Origin: Azolla caroliniana
Lineage: Eukaryota; Plantae; Polypodiophyta
Direction of reading: 5' to 3'
Assembly (NCBI GenBank): GCA_043228905.1
Contig: JBHGNT010000011.1
Coordinates: 5,332,001 to 5,396,000, forward strand
Length of the DNA: 64,000 nt
This document shows positions 36,013 to 50,078 of this stretch, piece by piece. Numbering within the stretch: the first letter of the stretch is position 1; each line of letters begins with the position of its first letter. Position numbers and translations under genes: made by a program. The notes under the pieces are model-generated. The model searched no databases, was not told where the DNA came from, and worked only from the letters and a program-made list of their open reading frames with translations.

Positions 36013-39000
36013 TCAGAAAAGCTCCTCTGAATTGAACTTGTTCCATGCTTCCTGTAAGAAGGTAGTGATGAAAACAAACAAACTCATATCACAGAAATGA
36101 GATAGAAACATTTTAGATATTAGTTCCCTTTTTCATTCATGCATGTCTACAAGCAAGGACAACAGGCCAATCCATGTGTTTTTTGGTCAGCCAACAAGAG
36201 GATCATTTCAATTAGTGAACAGAGAGGAACAGATTATAGAAAACAAACTGTTTCTCTAACACAATATCACTTCTTTTAAGAGATAGAATAAATTAACTTT
36301 CAGATATGTATTTTTTATGTGGGATTGTCCCTTCCAAAATATAATAAAATATGACAATTTGCAAAATACAAAAACATTGGGTAGCAAAATCCTTTTTTCC
36401 CACAAAATGAGAACTTGCTCTTATGATGATACCACTAACATTTTTTTCCGAAAAAATAAGAACTTGCTCTTAAATGATAATATCACTAACATATTTTTTT
36501 AAGAGATTGAATGATGTGTCAGCAATGTGTGCATATAGTCAAACAGGAAAATAGCGATTGATTTTTGGGTCGCATATGATGATGGTGGTGATAATACTAA
36601 CCTTTAAAAGATCAAACACTTTTTCTGCAATGTATTTTTGCTGGATGCTGGCACCTTTTTGCTGCACTTTATCTGGGTGTACACATAAGGTGGCCTTTCT
36701 ATACACTTTTTTCACAGCGGCCCCAGCGATAAGATCTGTCAATGACACTGCCTGCCAACCACACTCTGGCCACAGGACCTTCAAATATACATACACACAC
36801 ACACCCCCCAAGGGAAAAATACGATGAATCTTTCATTCAATAATCTCAACATTAAAAATCCATAAATTGAAGGAATCATAAATTTGCAATCTAATCTAAA
36901 GGGAGAAAACATACACAAATATTGCGGGAATTATATGTTTAGCAAAATAATCTCAATGGAGAGAACAAAAGAGTTACTTGTTCAGTAGTCTCACGTCAAG
37001 GGAGAAAAACGTACATATATTGAAGGAATTACTAGTTTCGTAGTATAATCTCGAGAGTGAAAATGTATTTAGTCATGGAAGGAATCACTGATTTCTCAAT
37101 CTCACGGGAGTAAACATACTTTGAAGGTGTTACTCATTTACCAATCTCAAGGGAGAAAACATACATATTGAAGGGTTGAGAGCAGTGCTCGGATATTTCC
37201 TTCTTTACCAGCTGCCCAGCGCTTGATTTCGGAATCAAGGATGTCACCTGCTCTCTGCAAATATTCAGCCAGGAAATACCAATTATTGAGCTACAGGAGA
37301 AAAAAGTGAATTTTGCATCAATCACAAAATATCAAAAACAAATGTCTTATTATCAACAAAAGTTAGAGGCAAAGTAAGTGAGTAAAGTTTTGCATCAAGC
37401 ACACTTTAATGCATTGTTAACACTACAAGAAATGCATCTAATTGGGCCTTCCTAAAAGTTGTGTGTATAATGACTCTGTATTCCTATATATACCATGTTA
37501 TGTTAATCTACCCAGCCACAATCCTGTCAATTAACCTGGATTTTCCATGATATATATATAGACCATGTTTCATATAGAATTATCATGCTTACATATAAGA
37601 TGTACAAAAATTCAGTAATTGAAAATTAGATTTAAAATTCCATACATGTCTCTCTGCTTGCTCTCGTTGAGTTTGCAAATCACGCTTGTTCTTCTCATCC
37701 AGAGCCTTGGCCTGTGTGATCAAAAGTACAATAGAAACATCATTTACAGTTTCAAAAGAATGACCTCGATTGAGTTTTGAGCAGAGGGACATGCATGTCC
37801 TGTGCAGAAGCAAAATGTATGTAAATTCACATCTCAAGGATACAAAAATGACCTATGAGACCAATCACCCAATACATGACATAAATGTCTGATAAAAAGG
37901 TTAAATAAACTAGCAATAAGAACCCTACCACTGAAGAGCAAGCATACATGTAGAATATATATATAAGAGTGGTGGAAAACATCAATACAATGTCAATGGT
38001 GTGAATATATATCAGTAAGTGAGAAAGAGAAACCCTGAAACAGCAGTATTAAGTGGAGAAGTTACAAACGGAAAAGAGTAAAATGTCAGAATAAACAGTG
38101 AGTTTTAGCAGAGATAAACAGGTAAATCCTATTGGTTTTCATCCTCTCCTGCATTACTAGAGCATCTATAAAAGTTTTCCACCTCAGCATTCTTTTGCTC
38201 TCATGTGCATGTACTATGAGGCATTGTATAGTGTTTTGAGTTCTGTCACTTTATTTTCCTCATTTTCTCCATCCTTATAAATACCTAGATGTTTGGTTCT
38301 AAAGCCCCAGATGGTTCTTCAACTTTCCAGGTCAAATAAGCATTACAGAATCTGCTTGATTTCAGGATCCAGAGGCCAGCAAGGTTGCTGCTGCATTTTC
38401 AGCTCCACATCACTTTCTCTCTTACTTAGCCCATGTATCATCATTTCCAACTACTTCATCTAAACCTCACGCTTACTATTATTCCCCAAGGAGTAGTGTT
38501 TTGCGGGACAGGTCTTGGTCTTTATTCAAAAGAACAATAGACAGTGTCGTGCACATCTTTGTAAAGTTAATCAGGGTGGTAACTCAAGTAAAGATTCAAA
38601 CTGAAGAGATAGTATCTATTTCTTACATTAATTATAAGGATATCCTTTGAAAAGTTCAAGTGGCAATACCTCAAGTACGGCAATTTCTATACAGATTTGT
38701 GGGATCAGATCAGGAATGCCAAATCATTATTATACGGTGATCTGTGCACACCTGGACCCACCTTTCTCATAAATTTCTATATTTTTGAGCAGCTACGAGT
38801 GACTTACTGATTCAATGTTTAGAAGCCCCTACCTATAAACAAATAATATGGATTTTGCTCTCCAGTGTAAGCGTATAAGAGACCTTTCTGTTCTGGATGG
38901 TTTGGTGCCCAATGAAGTTTGTCTCATTGAACAAATTAAGAAAGGTAATAATTTACCACAATCATACAACCATCACATCTCCTCTCAGTCTTCAGCCTTG

Positions 39001-42000
39001 CTACTTGTCAGCCCATCTAATTAAGCTGTATTTGCTTCTTCCGCCACATTAGTCTCTATTCTCCTCCTCATTCACAGACTTAGGAGGATCTATGCCATTC
39101 AAAATTCAAAATTCAATTTGCCATCAAGTCGAACAATGGTTACTGTACTCTAAGTGTCTATGGTGCCAAGCTCAACCATAGGAATGTCAATAATTTTTTA
39201 CCGCAACTCCCTTGTCCATTTATGGGAGGTCCATGCATAAGTGATGCAAGAACTGCAGCAGTAAGCATGACAATACTGTGCTACACTATTTCCTTCCTCG
39301 TCTCATTTTAATGATTCTCTTAATACAAAGAACTCATAATTTTATCATATTTCTCTTGAGAAACCCATAAGGGGAGCACACAAGAGGGGACCTCCCTTTC
39401 AGAAATTAGCCATGGAACAAACAACCTAGGTGAGATACTATATCAACACCAATAATAATTTGCAACACAAGTGAACTGTGAAGCACAGGCACGAGGAATT
39501 CATCCTATAGGCTGATGACTTGAACAATGTGAATATAGATGGTAAAACCTATGATGCACCCATAATCTGATGGATATGCAGGACAAGTTTTACCAAACCA
39601 CCATCATGTGAAGGATCTCTCTCCCCAAGTCCTATCCTTGCCATGAGCTAGATCCATCTCATAGATCACAATCAGTCTTCCATAAGTACTAAAGAGATAT
39701 CTATCTATCTTGTAAAAGTTTCTGTATTAATCAAGCACCATAAATGCAATTTCACATTACCGCTGCATGAACATCATAAAAATGCATGTTTCAGCAGAAA
39801 AATATCTACCTTATGAGGTGCATCAGTACAGAAATTGAAGCCAATTGCCCTGATGGAACATGTAATGTAAAGAAAAGATTCTCATTGTTATCCAGTGATA
39901 AAACTTGGTTCCAATTCTAAGCCTCTGAACCTCCTTTGACCTTTCTAAGAGATTCTAAAACTCCTTTGACATTTCTAGAAGTTTCTAGAAGTTCCCAAGC
40001 TCTTAGGACCTTCAAGGATATTCTAATGTCCCTGACTATAGTGTAAATAGGGGTCTTGGACTACAGGTCCCTCCTGCATCCGTATATGAACTTCGATTCG
40101 ATAAGTATAACCCAAACTCAAGAATACATGCATGTTCTGCATTGTAACAGATACTATACCACTTCTTTATGCCTTTTTCCTTCTTAAATGCTAGTTGTGA
40201 CTTCAGTTAAGATGAGCACCCAACGTAAGCAACCGTAAACCCAGTTCTTGTATTGTAAGCCATCTTGTTATGTAATCCAGAGTTCTATAATTATCTTGCA
40301 TCAAGTTTCACAGTATAAATCTTGTAATACTAGACCCTTTAATCAACCACTTGTAGAAAATACAAGTAGCACATATTTGAGATTTTTGTCAAGCTATTCA
40401 TGCAACATGCACACATCAATCACATCTGTGCTCTGCTCATCATAACAATTGCCCATATGAGTGTAGCAATAAAATTCCCATCAAAGAAGCCCCTTAACTT
40501 GGCAGTATGATGCACAATATCATGTTAACTATACAAATACAGGGCATTGCATGTCTGGCAAATAAGTCATAATTCTAAGTATTAAAGGTTCAAAGTGTTG
40601 ATAATGAGATAAAAATACCAGGCATTCAAAACTACTTATGAAAAAATGTTTCAAAGGTTCCAAGTAATATTTAACAACCAAGATGGTCACAACTTCTAAC
40701 CAAGTCAATGCCAATGTAAATGGTTGGATACCTAGCTATACCCCAATGATTTCAAAACCAAGATTCAGTTCATAATCAATCATCCTGAGTCCTCTATGTT
40801 CATAATAAATAAGAACTTCGGAACAAACGGTGGTACATCTGAACAATGATGGCTCAATAACAGAGAATATTTTGTCAAAGAAAAAGAATTGTACAATGAA
40901 GGAAATTTGTGCAAAAGTAGTGGGGTGTTCCTCATAATGATGAACTACTTGCATTGTAACAAATAAGGAGGAAAACCAGTACTGTGTTTCAAAGCCTGGG
41001 TGGTGAAGCCAATAAGGTTGGAAAATGTGTCAGCAGCTCAGAATTGATAAGTAGGCATATCTATAATCTAGAAAAAGAAAGGTCATGAAAGCTTACAGCC
41101 CGTTCAGCAGTGCGCTGATGGCGCTCCAATCTGGCTCTTCGCCTCTCAGAGGTTTCTCCCTCAACTTCTTGGAACTCACCGGCATTTGATGCAGCTCCTA
41201 GAGAAACAAAACAATTCTAAATACCTCTAAAAGAGAAGACAAAAAGGAAATGCCCAGAAATCATCAGGTTACATATATTTTACCAAAAAGGGATGCCCAA
41301 TCATCAGCAAAATTTGTTGGTGTAACTACTTTATTGACAGTAGCTGTTGCATTAGAGCTCTTATGAGATTCTTCATTTGAAGGGTTTTTGTTGGTCTGCC
41401 ATCAATCGAAAGGAATACATGAGTCAAGAATTCCATTTGTTTCCTAGAACAATCCAATAAACAAAAAAGAATGACTTACTTTGGGTGGAGACCTCTGTTT
41501 CGGGGCACTACCAACACGAGAACTCGATGAAAAGAATGCTTCAAGATCATTCTCGTTTTTTCTTTGTTCTCTTGTGGCAGCATTTTTTTCCACTGCAGCT
41601 TTTTCAGCCCTCTCCCGTGCACCTGATGCTGCTCGCTCAGCTGCTCTATCTCGTGCTTCCTTAGTTGCTCTTTCTACAGCAGCTCGCTCAGCACGAGCTC
41701 GAGCTTCACTGGTGGCCCTTTCAACAGCAGCCCTTTCAGCTGCAGCTCTTTCAGCTGCAGCTCTTTCTCTAGCCTCTGCTGCTGCCCTTTCACGTGCCTC
41801 CGCAGTGGCTTTTTCAACAGCGGCTCTTTCAGCAGCAGCTCTTTCTCGAGCCTCTGCCGCTGCCCTTTCACGCGCCTCAGCTGTTGCTCGCTCAACTGCC
41901 GCCTTTTCACGTGCCTCGATTGCTGCCCTCTCACGTGCTTCAGTAGTTGCTCTTTCAACCGCAGCTTTTTCACGTGCCTCTGCGGCAGCTCTTTCACGCG

Positions 42001-45000
42001 CCTCTGCATTTGCTCTTTCTACAGCAGCTCTTTCAGCTGCTGCTCTCTCTCTTGCCTCAGCAGCTGCTCTCTCACGTGCCTCCGCTGTAGCTCTCTCCAC
42101 AGCAGCCCTTTGCCTAGCTTCTGTAGCTGCTCTCTCACGGGCCTCTTGGGTAGCTCGTTCAACAGCTATCCGATCTTTCTCCCTCTCCCTTTCCCGTTCT
42201 TTCTCCTTCTCCCTTTCCCTTTCCTTGTGCCATTTTTCTCTAGCTTCTTTCTCCCTCTCTTCTCTTTCGATCTCTTTAGCCCGTCTCTCTTCTCCTTCAT
42301 TAGCTTTACTATCTTCATCTCTATAAGCCCTTCCATCATCTCCCGTTATGTCACTAGCTTTTTCTTTCACATCTCTCATTCCTGCAGCTCTAGTATCTGC
42401 TACCTTTTCCTCTTTTCCTCTATCATGTAGCTTAGATCTCACCCTTTCCGTAGCATCTTCCATGGCTCTAGATGACGCTGATGCACTTCGCTCCATCATA
42501 TCTCGATCTGCAACCATAACAGATTTATGTTTTACATCCTCCTTTCACACTCTCAAAAAACATTGTTATATGTGCATCTGATTAACCAAAAATACCACCA
42601 CATTTATATTATATTCAGAAGCTCCTTTGGAGGGGGGGCGGCTTACTAAGGAAACAAATTACGTCAAACAACGATGTACTAGTTTTTGTACTTTACCTTC
42701 TTTGAGTTCTCCATTCACTCGATTCATTGCTGCATTGCTTTGCCTTGAGCTAGGTAATGGTGGTGGCCTCCTCGCTGGAGGTGGGGCTGTCGTAGGTTGT
42801 GTCACTAATTTCACATCTTCAACTGAAACCCAGACTTCACTTCTTTTCCCAACAGCCTTAGATCGTTGTGGAGAATCACCTGACACTTCATTTAAAACCT
42901 GCTTGTTTTGTTTGCCATGACTCGAAGAATCCTCAACATGGTTTCTGGGGTTACTTGAAGATCTTAAGTCGTTGTTTGCCAGACTATTACTTGAGTGAAA
43001 TTTTCCCCGTTGCCAGGAATCACCATTGGTCTGTTCAGTCTCCTGCTTTGGTGTGGATTCATTCACTTTCTTTCTATATGGAGATTGCGGCTCATTTCCA
43101 AGTTGTGAAGAATTTCCAGATGCAGCAATATTTCCATCATTTGTTCGGTCCCTTGTATGCTCACTTACAGATTGAAACGTGGCCCAAACATTTGCATCTC
43201 CAACAGTCCCAACAGTTGTTGGTACAGTTGTCTGTAGCACAATAAATGGATCCTCCTCTGCCATATGGAAAGAATTGTTTTCTGGCTTCTTTGGGAGGTC
43301 TTTTCCAGACTTCTGTGGTACATCTTCTCCCTCGTAAAGTTTCCTGAAATAATGAACCTTACAACAGTTTGAATTAAAAGGTTTATATGTCAAATAATTT
43401 AGCAAAAGCACCAAAGGTTATGGCAAACTAATGAACAAATTATGGTGAAATTATGGTGAATTGATGATCAATCATATTTGTGAACACAATAGTTCAGATA
43501 TTATGTCTTTAACACATCCTAAGGTAGAGTAATCCCAGAAAAACTTTTCAGAAACTTGATAAATAGGTTACATCCCGTAAAAATAGGCTCAATCACATTC
43601 AATTCACAAACAATTCTCAACAGAAACCACAACTCATGAACTTTTGAGATACACATGTACAGGACTCACAAGAGAATTTAGTGACTTGATCTAATATACA
43701 CGCATTATGAACAAAAAAAACAAAACAGTATTAGGCCCTGTGAGATTATGGTCAATTAGTTAAAGTGAATTCCCTTGCACGACCCTTACTTATGCACTAT
43801 AGTTGTGAGAAACGGACATAAGCATCTAGTTATCATAAATTTCTTTGGACAAATAGTTGGAGTAGATTTTCTTAATTACTCTCCAACTTTATACACTATA
43901 GTTCCTACACATGGAAATCCTAATATGGATATATATAAAGCAGAAAAATAGGCATCATACTATGGACATAAAAAGCAGAAATCATCCAATTAACAACTTC
44001 TCACTGAGTTTAAACACAATAGGTTTGGAAATTTGAGATTACCTAATTGCAGAATTTCCTCTACAAAACTCCTGTCTCAAATATTGGACATCACATCCTA
44101 AATATAAGAAAGTTGTAAAAGAAGTATCAAGTAGTATACCAATGCCCAGTGCCTCTGTGCCATAAACATCATATTATAAAAAAAAGGAAGTAGAGAAATA
44201 AGCATCAAGTAGCACATTGAGTCCTTGCTGGCTCTCCACGATGGATATAGAAGCACTAGGAGAAATACACAACTCACGTATAAGTTTATATAGCTACAGC
44301 TTCATAAGACTGGATAGCATAATATAGCCATAAAAGAATCTAATCAGCCTCAAGTTACTTGCAAATAAAAACTCTCTAAGTTAACAAACTACACATTACG
44401 GATATCGTCCAAAGAAGCTCCATGAAATATTCCAAGGCCTGACCATAGACTTGAAAAAAATCACAGAACGAAACGCCAAATGGGCTCGCTAACATTGAAG
44501 TCACGTTATGGACATATAAAAGCATCAAAAGAATCATCAAATCGCATACTGACGTTTTGCTACCTCACTACCACCAAATTGTATGAGTGGGGGTTAAATT
44601 TCCCTTATACAACCTCTTTCTAAGTTTCAAAAAAATAACCATCATACTAGGAACATAAAGGCATATAATTAGGGCAATATTCCCTTACAAAACTCCTCTT
44701 TAATTTATACACCGTAATTTCAAAAATATGGATTGTGCTAAAGAGGTATCAGGCAGTTTACTGATTAATTGTTACCTCACTACTGTGGACATCATGTTTG
44801 GACATAGTGGAAAAGTAGAGAGAGAAGCATCAAGTAGCATACCGAGACAAGGCTTCACTAAAGTGGATATCATATTATGTGCATAAAAGGGCACAACAAT
44901 AAGCATCAAGAGGCCTTGCTCACACTGGATTACTACTGTTGACATCATATTAAGGACATAAAAAGTAGAGAAAAAATCATCAAAGGTAACATACCGAGAC

Positions 45001-45773
45001 TTTGCTGGCTCACTACCGCCAAATCCTGGGAGTAGATCATCAAAATCAACCAATGGTGCAGATGGTTCAGCTACAGAGCGAGTATTCGATGCCCTATCTT
45101 TTGGGACCCCAAGTATGTCATCAAAAACACTAGAGCTAGCATTAACTGATGATGATGGCACCCCACCACCACCAAACACGTCATCATATATGACATTAGT
45201 GCTTTTGATTCCTGGCAACCCTCCAAATATATCATTATCATCATCATCATATAAAGGACCATCGAAAATGGGCAAAGATGAAGCAACATTGATTGAGGAA
45301 TCTGTAGGTTTCTTTGACGCTGATGACACTGGCTGAGGATGATAATTGGATTGCATTTCAAATATGTCATCATCATGATGTGATGCGGATTGCTTAGGTT
45401 TTTGGTATATTTGAGATGATGAGAATTTGACACCGAAAACATCGTCATAGATCGGAGACATACCAGTGGTTTTGTCAAATGCCGATGCCGATCCGAAAGT
45501 GTCCAGGTTCAATGATGCAGATTTCACGCCATTCTTGGATGTCATTGATGTTCCGAAAAGGAAGTCTTCCTCTTCGAGAATTCCTCCCACAGCAGGGCCA
45601 AAGCTCAAACTTTCCGTACTATTTCGGTTGATTTTCCCCGATGATGAAGACGAGAACAATGACGATGATGATTGAGGTATAGTTGATTTAACTGAAGAAA
45701 CAGACATGGGGGCTGATTTGCCTTGGGGTTTGAGGCCATAGTCCCTTTGCAATATGTTAACAAAATCATCCAT
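36013..45773 (-). CDS. AUXI1: Auxilin-like (auxilin-related) J-domain protein, clathrin-uncoating Hsc70 co-chaperone; ~1012 aa, 9 exons: 45773-44995, 43343-42697, 42507-41480, 41395-41284, 41197-41097, 37711-37646, 37254-37165, 36778-36602, 36051-36013
   Basis: N-term [20 protein letters not shown]; DD(V/I)FG motifs; [24 protein letters not shown]; (E/R/A) coiled coil; [23 protein letters not shown]; [21 protein letters not shown]; J-domain with HPD ([19 protein letters not shown]); ends [12 protein letters not shown]. All introns GT-AG, total 3039 nt in frame. The symbol denotes the family (Arabidopsis AUXILIN-LIKE1/2); orthology was not tested. Confidence 0.93.
41590..42300 (-). repeat. Coding tandem repeat ([20 protein letters not shown]-type) in exon 3
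   Basis: Repeated E/R/A units seen in ORF 41444-42517; typical of plant auxilin-like coiled coils. Confidence 0.85.
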
Positions 45774-45778
45774 GGAAA

Positions 45779-46172
45779 TTTAGGGTTTTCCAGATCTATA
45801 TTTAATGTTTCCGGATGGAGATTTAAGTTTTTGTTATCATCCGAGCATTTCTCACTGCAGGGGGGCGAAAGGAAGTGGATGAAACTAAAAGAAATGAATC
45901 AAACAGATCAAGAGAAGGGACGGGGACTTGGGAGGGGGGCGGCGGTGAAGAGAATCGGATCGATCCCGGACGTTTTCGAATCAGATCGATGAGACGAAGA
46001 GGAAGAGGAAGAGGAAGAAGAAGAAGAAGCAGAAGCTCTGAGAGGCTATGGCAACCTCGGAGCTCTGATCTCTCAATGTTCCCTTGGTCTCTGTCTCTGT
46101 CTCTGTCTCTGTCTCTGTCTCTCAATGCTAAGGAAACGGGAAAATTATACTGTGGTTAACTTTTAACCCTAG
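45779..46172 (-). promoter_or_regulatory. 5' UTR/proximal promoter of the auxilin-like gene with telo-box-like motifs and CT/GA microsatellites
   Basis: AAACCCTAA (minus) at ~45781-45789 just before the ATG; (GAAGAG)n/(GAA)n ~45996-46033; (TCTCTG)n ~46088-46123; AACCCTAG ~46165. Confidence 0.5.
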
Positions 46173-46574
46173 TATGGTTAAAAAGTAACCCAACCATATA
46201 CACATGTATTTATTTATGTATGTATATGTATGTAGATATAATGTATATTTGTATTTGTAGTATATTAATAATTAGACCAAGTCATCCCCACACACACACA
46301 CACAACTCTTTTAGAATGAATTGTTCAACCCTTCATTTAATTGAGAGTAAGAGGCTTTTGGGCTTTTGTCATCTCGCTACATTCAGCCCAAAAAAAGACT
46401 CTCCTCTGCGCCGCTTCCTTTGTGTTACCAGCCTGAGAAAACCATCGGTCAATACCTTGCATACACCCGGAATCTGTTAATGCCCCTCTTGCAATCATCA
46501 GTATGCCCCTCTGCTTTGACCTCCATGCTCAGAATAAACTGTGTGTCACTCGTATTGCTCATGGAATTCATCGA

Positions 46575-46705
46575 TGGACCTTGCATGTTCGGAATCTATG
46601 TTACTTATCTTATTGCTTGCACAACAGTCAATGGTGGACCTTGTATGTTCAGAATCTGTGATACTTATCTTATTGCTCGCACAACAGTCAATGGTAGACC
46701 TTGCA
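46575..46705. repeat. 60-bp tandem repeat, ~2.2 copies
   Basis: TGGACCTTG(C/T)ATGTTC(G/A)GAATCT..TACTTATCTTATTGCT.GCACAACAGTCAATGG repeated with period 60. Confidence 0.85.
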
Positions 46706-48188
46706 CATCCCATATGTGTGTTGCTTATGTGGCACAAATCGTCGGCGATGCAGCCCCTGCGGGTTTAGGATCGTGCTATTGATGGTGTACAAACTCATTG
46801 GCAAATTATGTAACAATTCCAAAACTTAGTGTTGCATGATCATTGGTGGACGACAAAAGAATAATGTTGCATGGATGAGAATCCATGAAGGATAAACACA
46901 TGTTTAATGGGGCTAGATGCAAAAGTGGGAGATTAGCTTATTTTGGACTTAATATTGAGTTAGAAATTTGGGCATATGTGGAATGTGCACAATTTCTTTT
47001 TCGTTCCTTAATATGGATGAGCAATATTAAAACCAATCAAGTTCAAGATTGCCACTTGGACATCCACGCTACAAATTGTCATATCCTTTTAGTGTTTTAT
47101 CTTGATAATTGTCTAAATCACTCCTTGGGCAAAGTTCGCACCCCACACTTGTATGTGACAACTTCATGTGCTTATTGAGGTTGGGCTTTGTCTACATGTC
47201 AAGGATATATATGGCATGAACTTGTTAATTGTATATAAAGTAGTCTGACAATGTCTCACTTTTTGTGGTTGGATATCGAGTATCTAAATAAAGAAGTAAG
47301 GAATGTTTTACCATGTAGGGTCAAGGCTTTACGAGTCTTATGCTAGATTCATAATGTGTGCATTAGGGAAAAATAACTTCTCTCCCCAACCTATTGAGTT
47401 CAACATACATGATGTGAACAAACAACGAAGGAAAGTTTGGCACATACAATGAAACCCTTGTAGATGCAATGTTGTGACATATATGCTTCAATGGAAATCC
47501 ATTCTCGTGTAGCACAAATATATATTGGTTGCAAAACAAAGTGGGTGGACACATACAACCTCTTGCCTTCTTGTTGAAGTTCAACAAACATGAGTTGGTC
47601 TTGCAATGTGTGACTTGAGATTGAGCCCTTGCAGTTTATGGTAGATTTGCATTGAGCATCCGAATGGAAATTGATGTTTATGTGAAAGAAAGTCATTGGT
47701 AACATAAAGGTATGAATAGACAACTTGCCTAATCTAATATATAGTTGTCATGTGACTATTATAATGACCTTGACAGAGTCTTCATACACATACAATTTTC
47801 ATATTTGGATTGCTTTAGTACTTATATTAGTGTTCCCTTGTTGAAAGGATTCCACCCCGAATTGTGTTGTGCATTTAGTTTTATTCCGCTATTTCACACA
47901 TGGTGCTACATATTAGGCCCTACTAAACCTTTATACACATGTGTAATTGTCATCTTGGGATTACTAGCATAGTTAGCGCTCACATTATTCTCCCCATGTT
48001 GAAATGGTTTCAACCTGGAAAATCAAAATGAATAATATTTTAGAAGTGTGGTTTTAGATTCATAAGTAGTAGTTGATTTCAACATGGAAAATCAAAATGA
48101 ATAATATTTTAGAAGTGTGGTTTTAGCTTCATAAGTAGTAGTTGTTCGCCCATCAATATATCACTACACTTGATAAACACTAGAGACA

Positions 48189-49400
48189 TGTTAGTTTCTA
48201 ATTCAAATCTAAAATATGTTCTTGGTCATGCGGCAAGTGTTGGGATAAAAGTCCCACTATGCCCATATTATATCCTTAGTGTGAACTCACAGTTAACCTA
48301 ACTATAAAAGTAGGTAACTAACTCTTGTAAAGTAGATTGTGGGATTATTAATGCAATAGACTTCTTGAACCTGAAACAATGTATCTCTCTCTCTCTCTCT
48401 CTCTCTCTTGATAGGAACATTACTTCATATCTCCATCTGTTGCTTGCTTGGCAACTCCATAGCAAGATCGATACACACTTCTGCATCAGTTGGCTCACTT
48501 CATACACAACAACCGACCAAGACACCTTGAGTGCCTACAAACTGGTATCGGAGCGTTTTGGAGTCATACAACACCAACATGAGAAGGAAGATAACTGACT
48601 GAAGGAAAGGACCAGGCCAGACAATCACTTCCACAAGAATGATGGCTTTGACATACAACATCCGTTGTGAAATCAGGAAATTCGACATCAAGAACTTTGC
48701 CCTCTGGAAGGAGATGATGCAGGATGTGCCAATCATCTGAGGCCAAATCGAGGCGATCCGGCACAATTCCAAGACAACAACGATAACAACCGACGAATGA
48801 CGATCCCTCGACGAAATAGCAAGGTTGACCATCCAGATGCACCTGGCCAAAAATGTCTACTTTAGCATGGCAAAAGAGACGACGACATTTAGCTTGTGGG
48901 AGAAGCTCCAAGCTGTATATGAGAAGAAGTTGAGCTCATCAAGAATCATATTGATTCGACAACTATTCAAGATGAAGATGAAGGAAACCGAGCCGACAAC
49001 CTCCCACGTCAACACCTTCAGTCAGGTGTTGACCAAACTCTCCTCGCAAGGATTAAACTTTGAAGAAGAAATCAAAGCCCTTGCACTTCTCTTGAGCATG
49101 CCGGCAACTCTTCTGTATGACGATCGCGAATAGCTCAACAAAGCTAACGCTCGATGAAGCAATCGGGTAGATCCTCGTAGAAGCTCTCAGAAGAAAATCG
49201 ATGGGACTCACCATCGACGACAATGCAAAAGCCCACGTAGAAACGGCTCAGAGAATAGGCTGAAGTAAAAGCTGACCAAAGAGGAGAAACGATCAACAAC
49301 GATCGAAGTCACGGAATTTGAAGCCGAAGGCATACTACACACACTACAGGAAGGTGGGTCACAACGTTGCTGACTACTAGTTGCTAAACAGGAAGGGGAA
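48189..49400 (+). mobile_element. Degraded copia 5' end: LTR (~48189-48539), PBS 48543-48554, gag fragment
   Basis: TGGTATCGGAGC; NFALWKEMMQDV..; ORF 48825-49133 LWEKLQAVYEKK..RQLFKMKMKE (UBN2-type gag). Confidence 0.7.
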
Positions 49401-49419
49401 TGGGAGAAAATATGATTGA

Positions 49420-50078
49420 AATTATTCAAAGACAAGCTCAACATGGGTTGGATCAGCTCAAAAAACCGAAAGCCGAATTGGAGGAAGGTTGATAAACTAG
49501 GCTCGGATTGGCTGAAGAAGTCGAAAGCCGGATCGGTCGAAGGTCAATTGGCTAGTTCGGATTGATGGGGAGTCGTCAGGCCGTTAGGGCCGATATTCCT
49601 ATTCATAGTAATAGGAATATCTTTGGGAGTCAATATCATATGCTTAATTATGAGCATTCAAGTACTTGTCAATACTTGAGTTAGCCTATGTCAGAGGCTT
49701 GTATAAAAAGTGCTCACTGAGCACAATTGTATGTATTGAGTGTTATTTTATGTAATAAAAAGTTGTTGTCTACCCTACTCAGTCTCTCTCTCTCTCCTTC
49801 TCTATGTTTTCCTAACTGTCTTCTAGTATTCAGCTGAGTTGGATGTGTTTTCTATATGTACAAGCTTCTGCACGTAACCTTTTGCATGGTATCAGAGTGC
49901 GAGGGTTGAAGATCCTTTGTAGCCGACTAAGTGAACAAGACACAGAGACAAGCTTTCGTCTTCCAAACAATTGAAGGACAGGAACGTGGACAGAGCCATG
50001 GGGAGTTCCTTGCCGAGTGAAAAGCTCAACAAGAACAACTACGCATCTTGGGAGTTCAATATGCACCAGTATCTTCTT
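49420..50078 (+). mobile_element. Copia 5' LTR + PBS (49887-49897) + gag start (ATG 49998), D/F family, truncated
   Basis: GACAAGCTCAACAT LTR start motif; GTATAAAAAGTGCTCACTGAGCAC; TGGTATCAGAG; MGSSLPSEKLNKNNYASWEFNMHQYLL; followed by an inverted LTR fragment ~50079-50290. Confidence 0.8.

Noticed and set aside
41444-41479. Acceptor AG at 41444 for intron 3
   Set aside because: It would give a 36-nt intron and an in-frame stop; the AG before 41395 restores the conserved DD..S.FG motif.
41481-42326. 281-aa plus-strand Ala/Ser-rich ORF
   Set aside because: Antisense shadow of the repetitive E/R/A exon.
46280-47990. Cluster of short ORFs upstream of the gene
   Set aside because: No recognisable domain or consistent frame; could be an old TE but unsupported.
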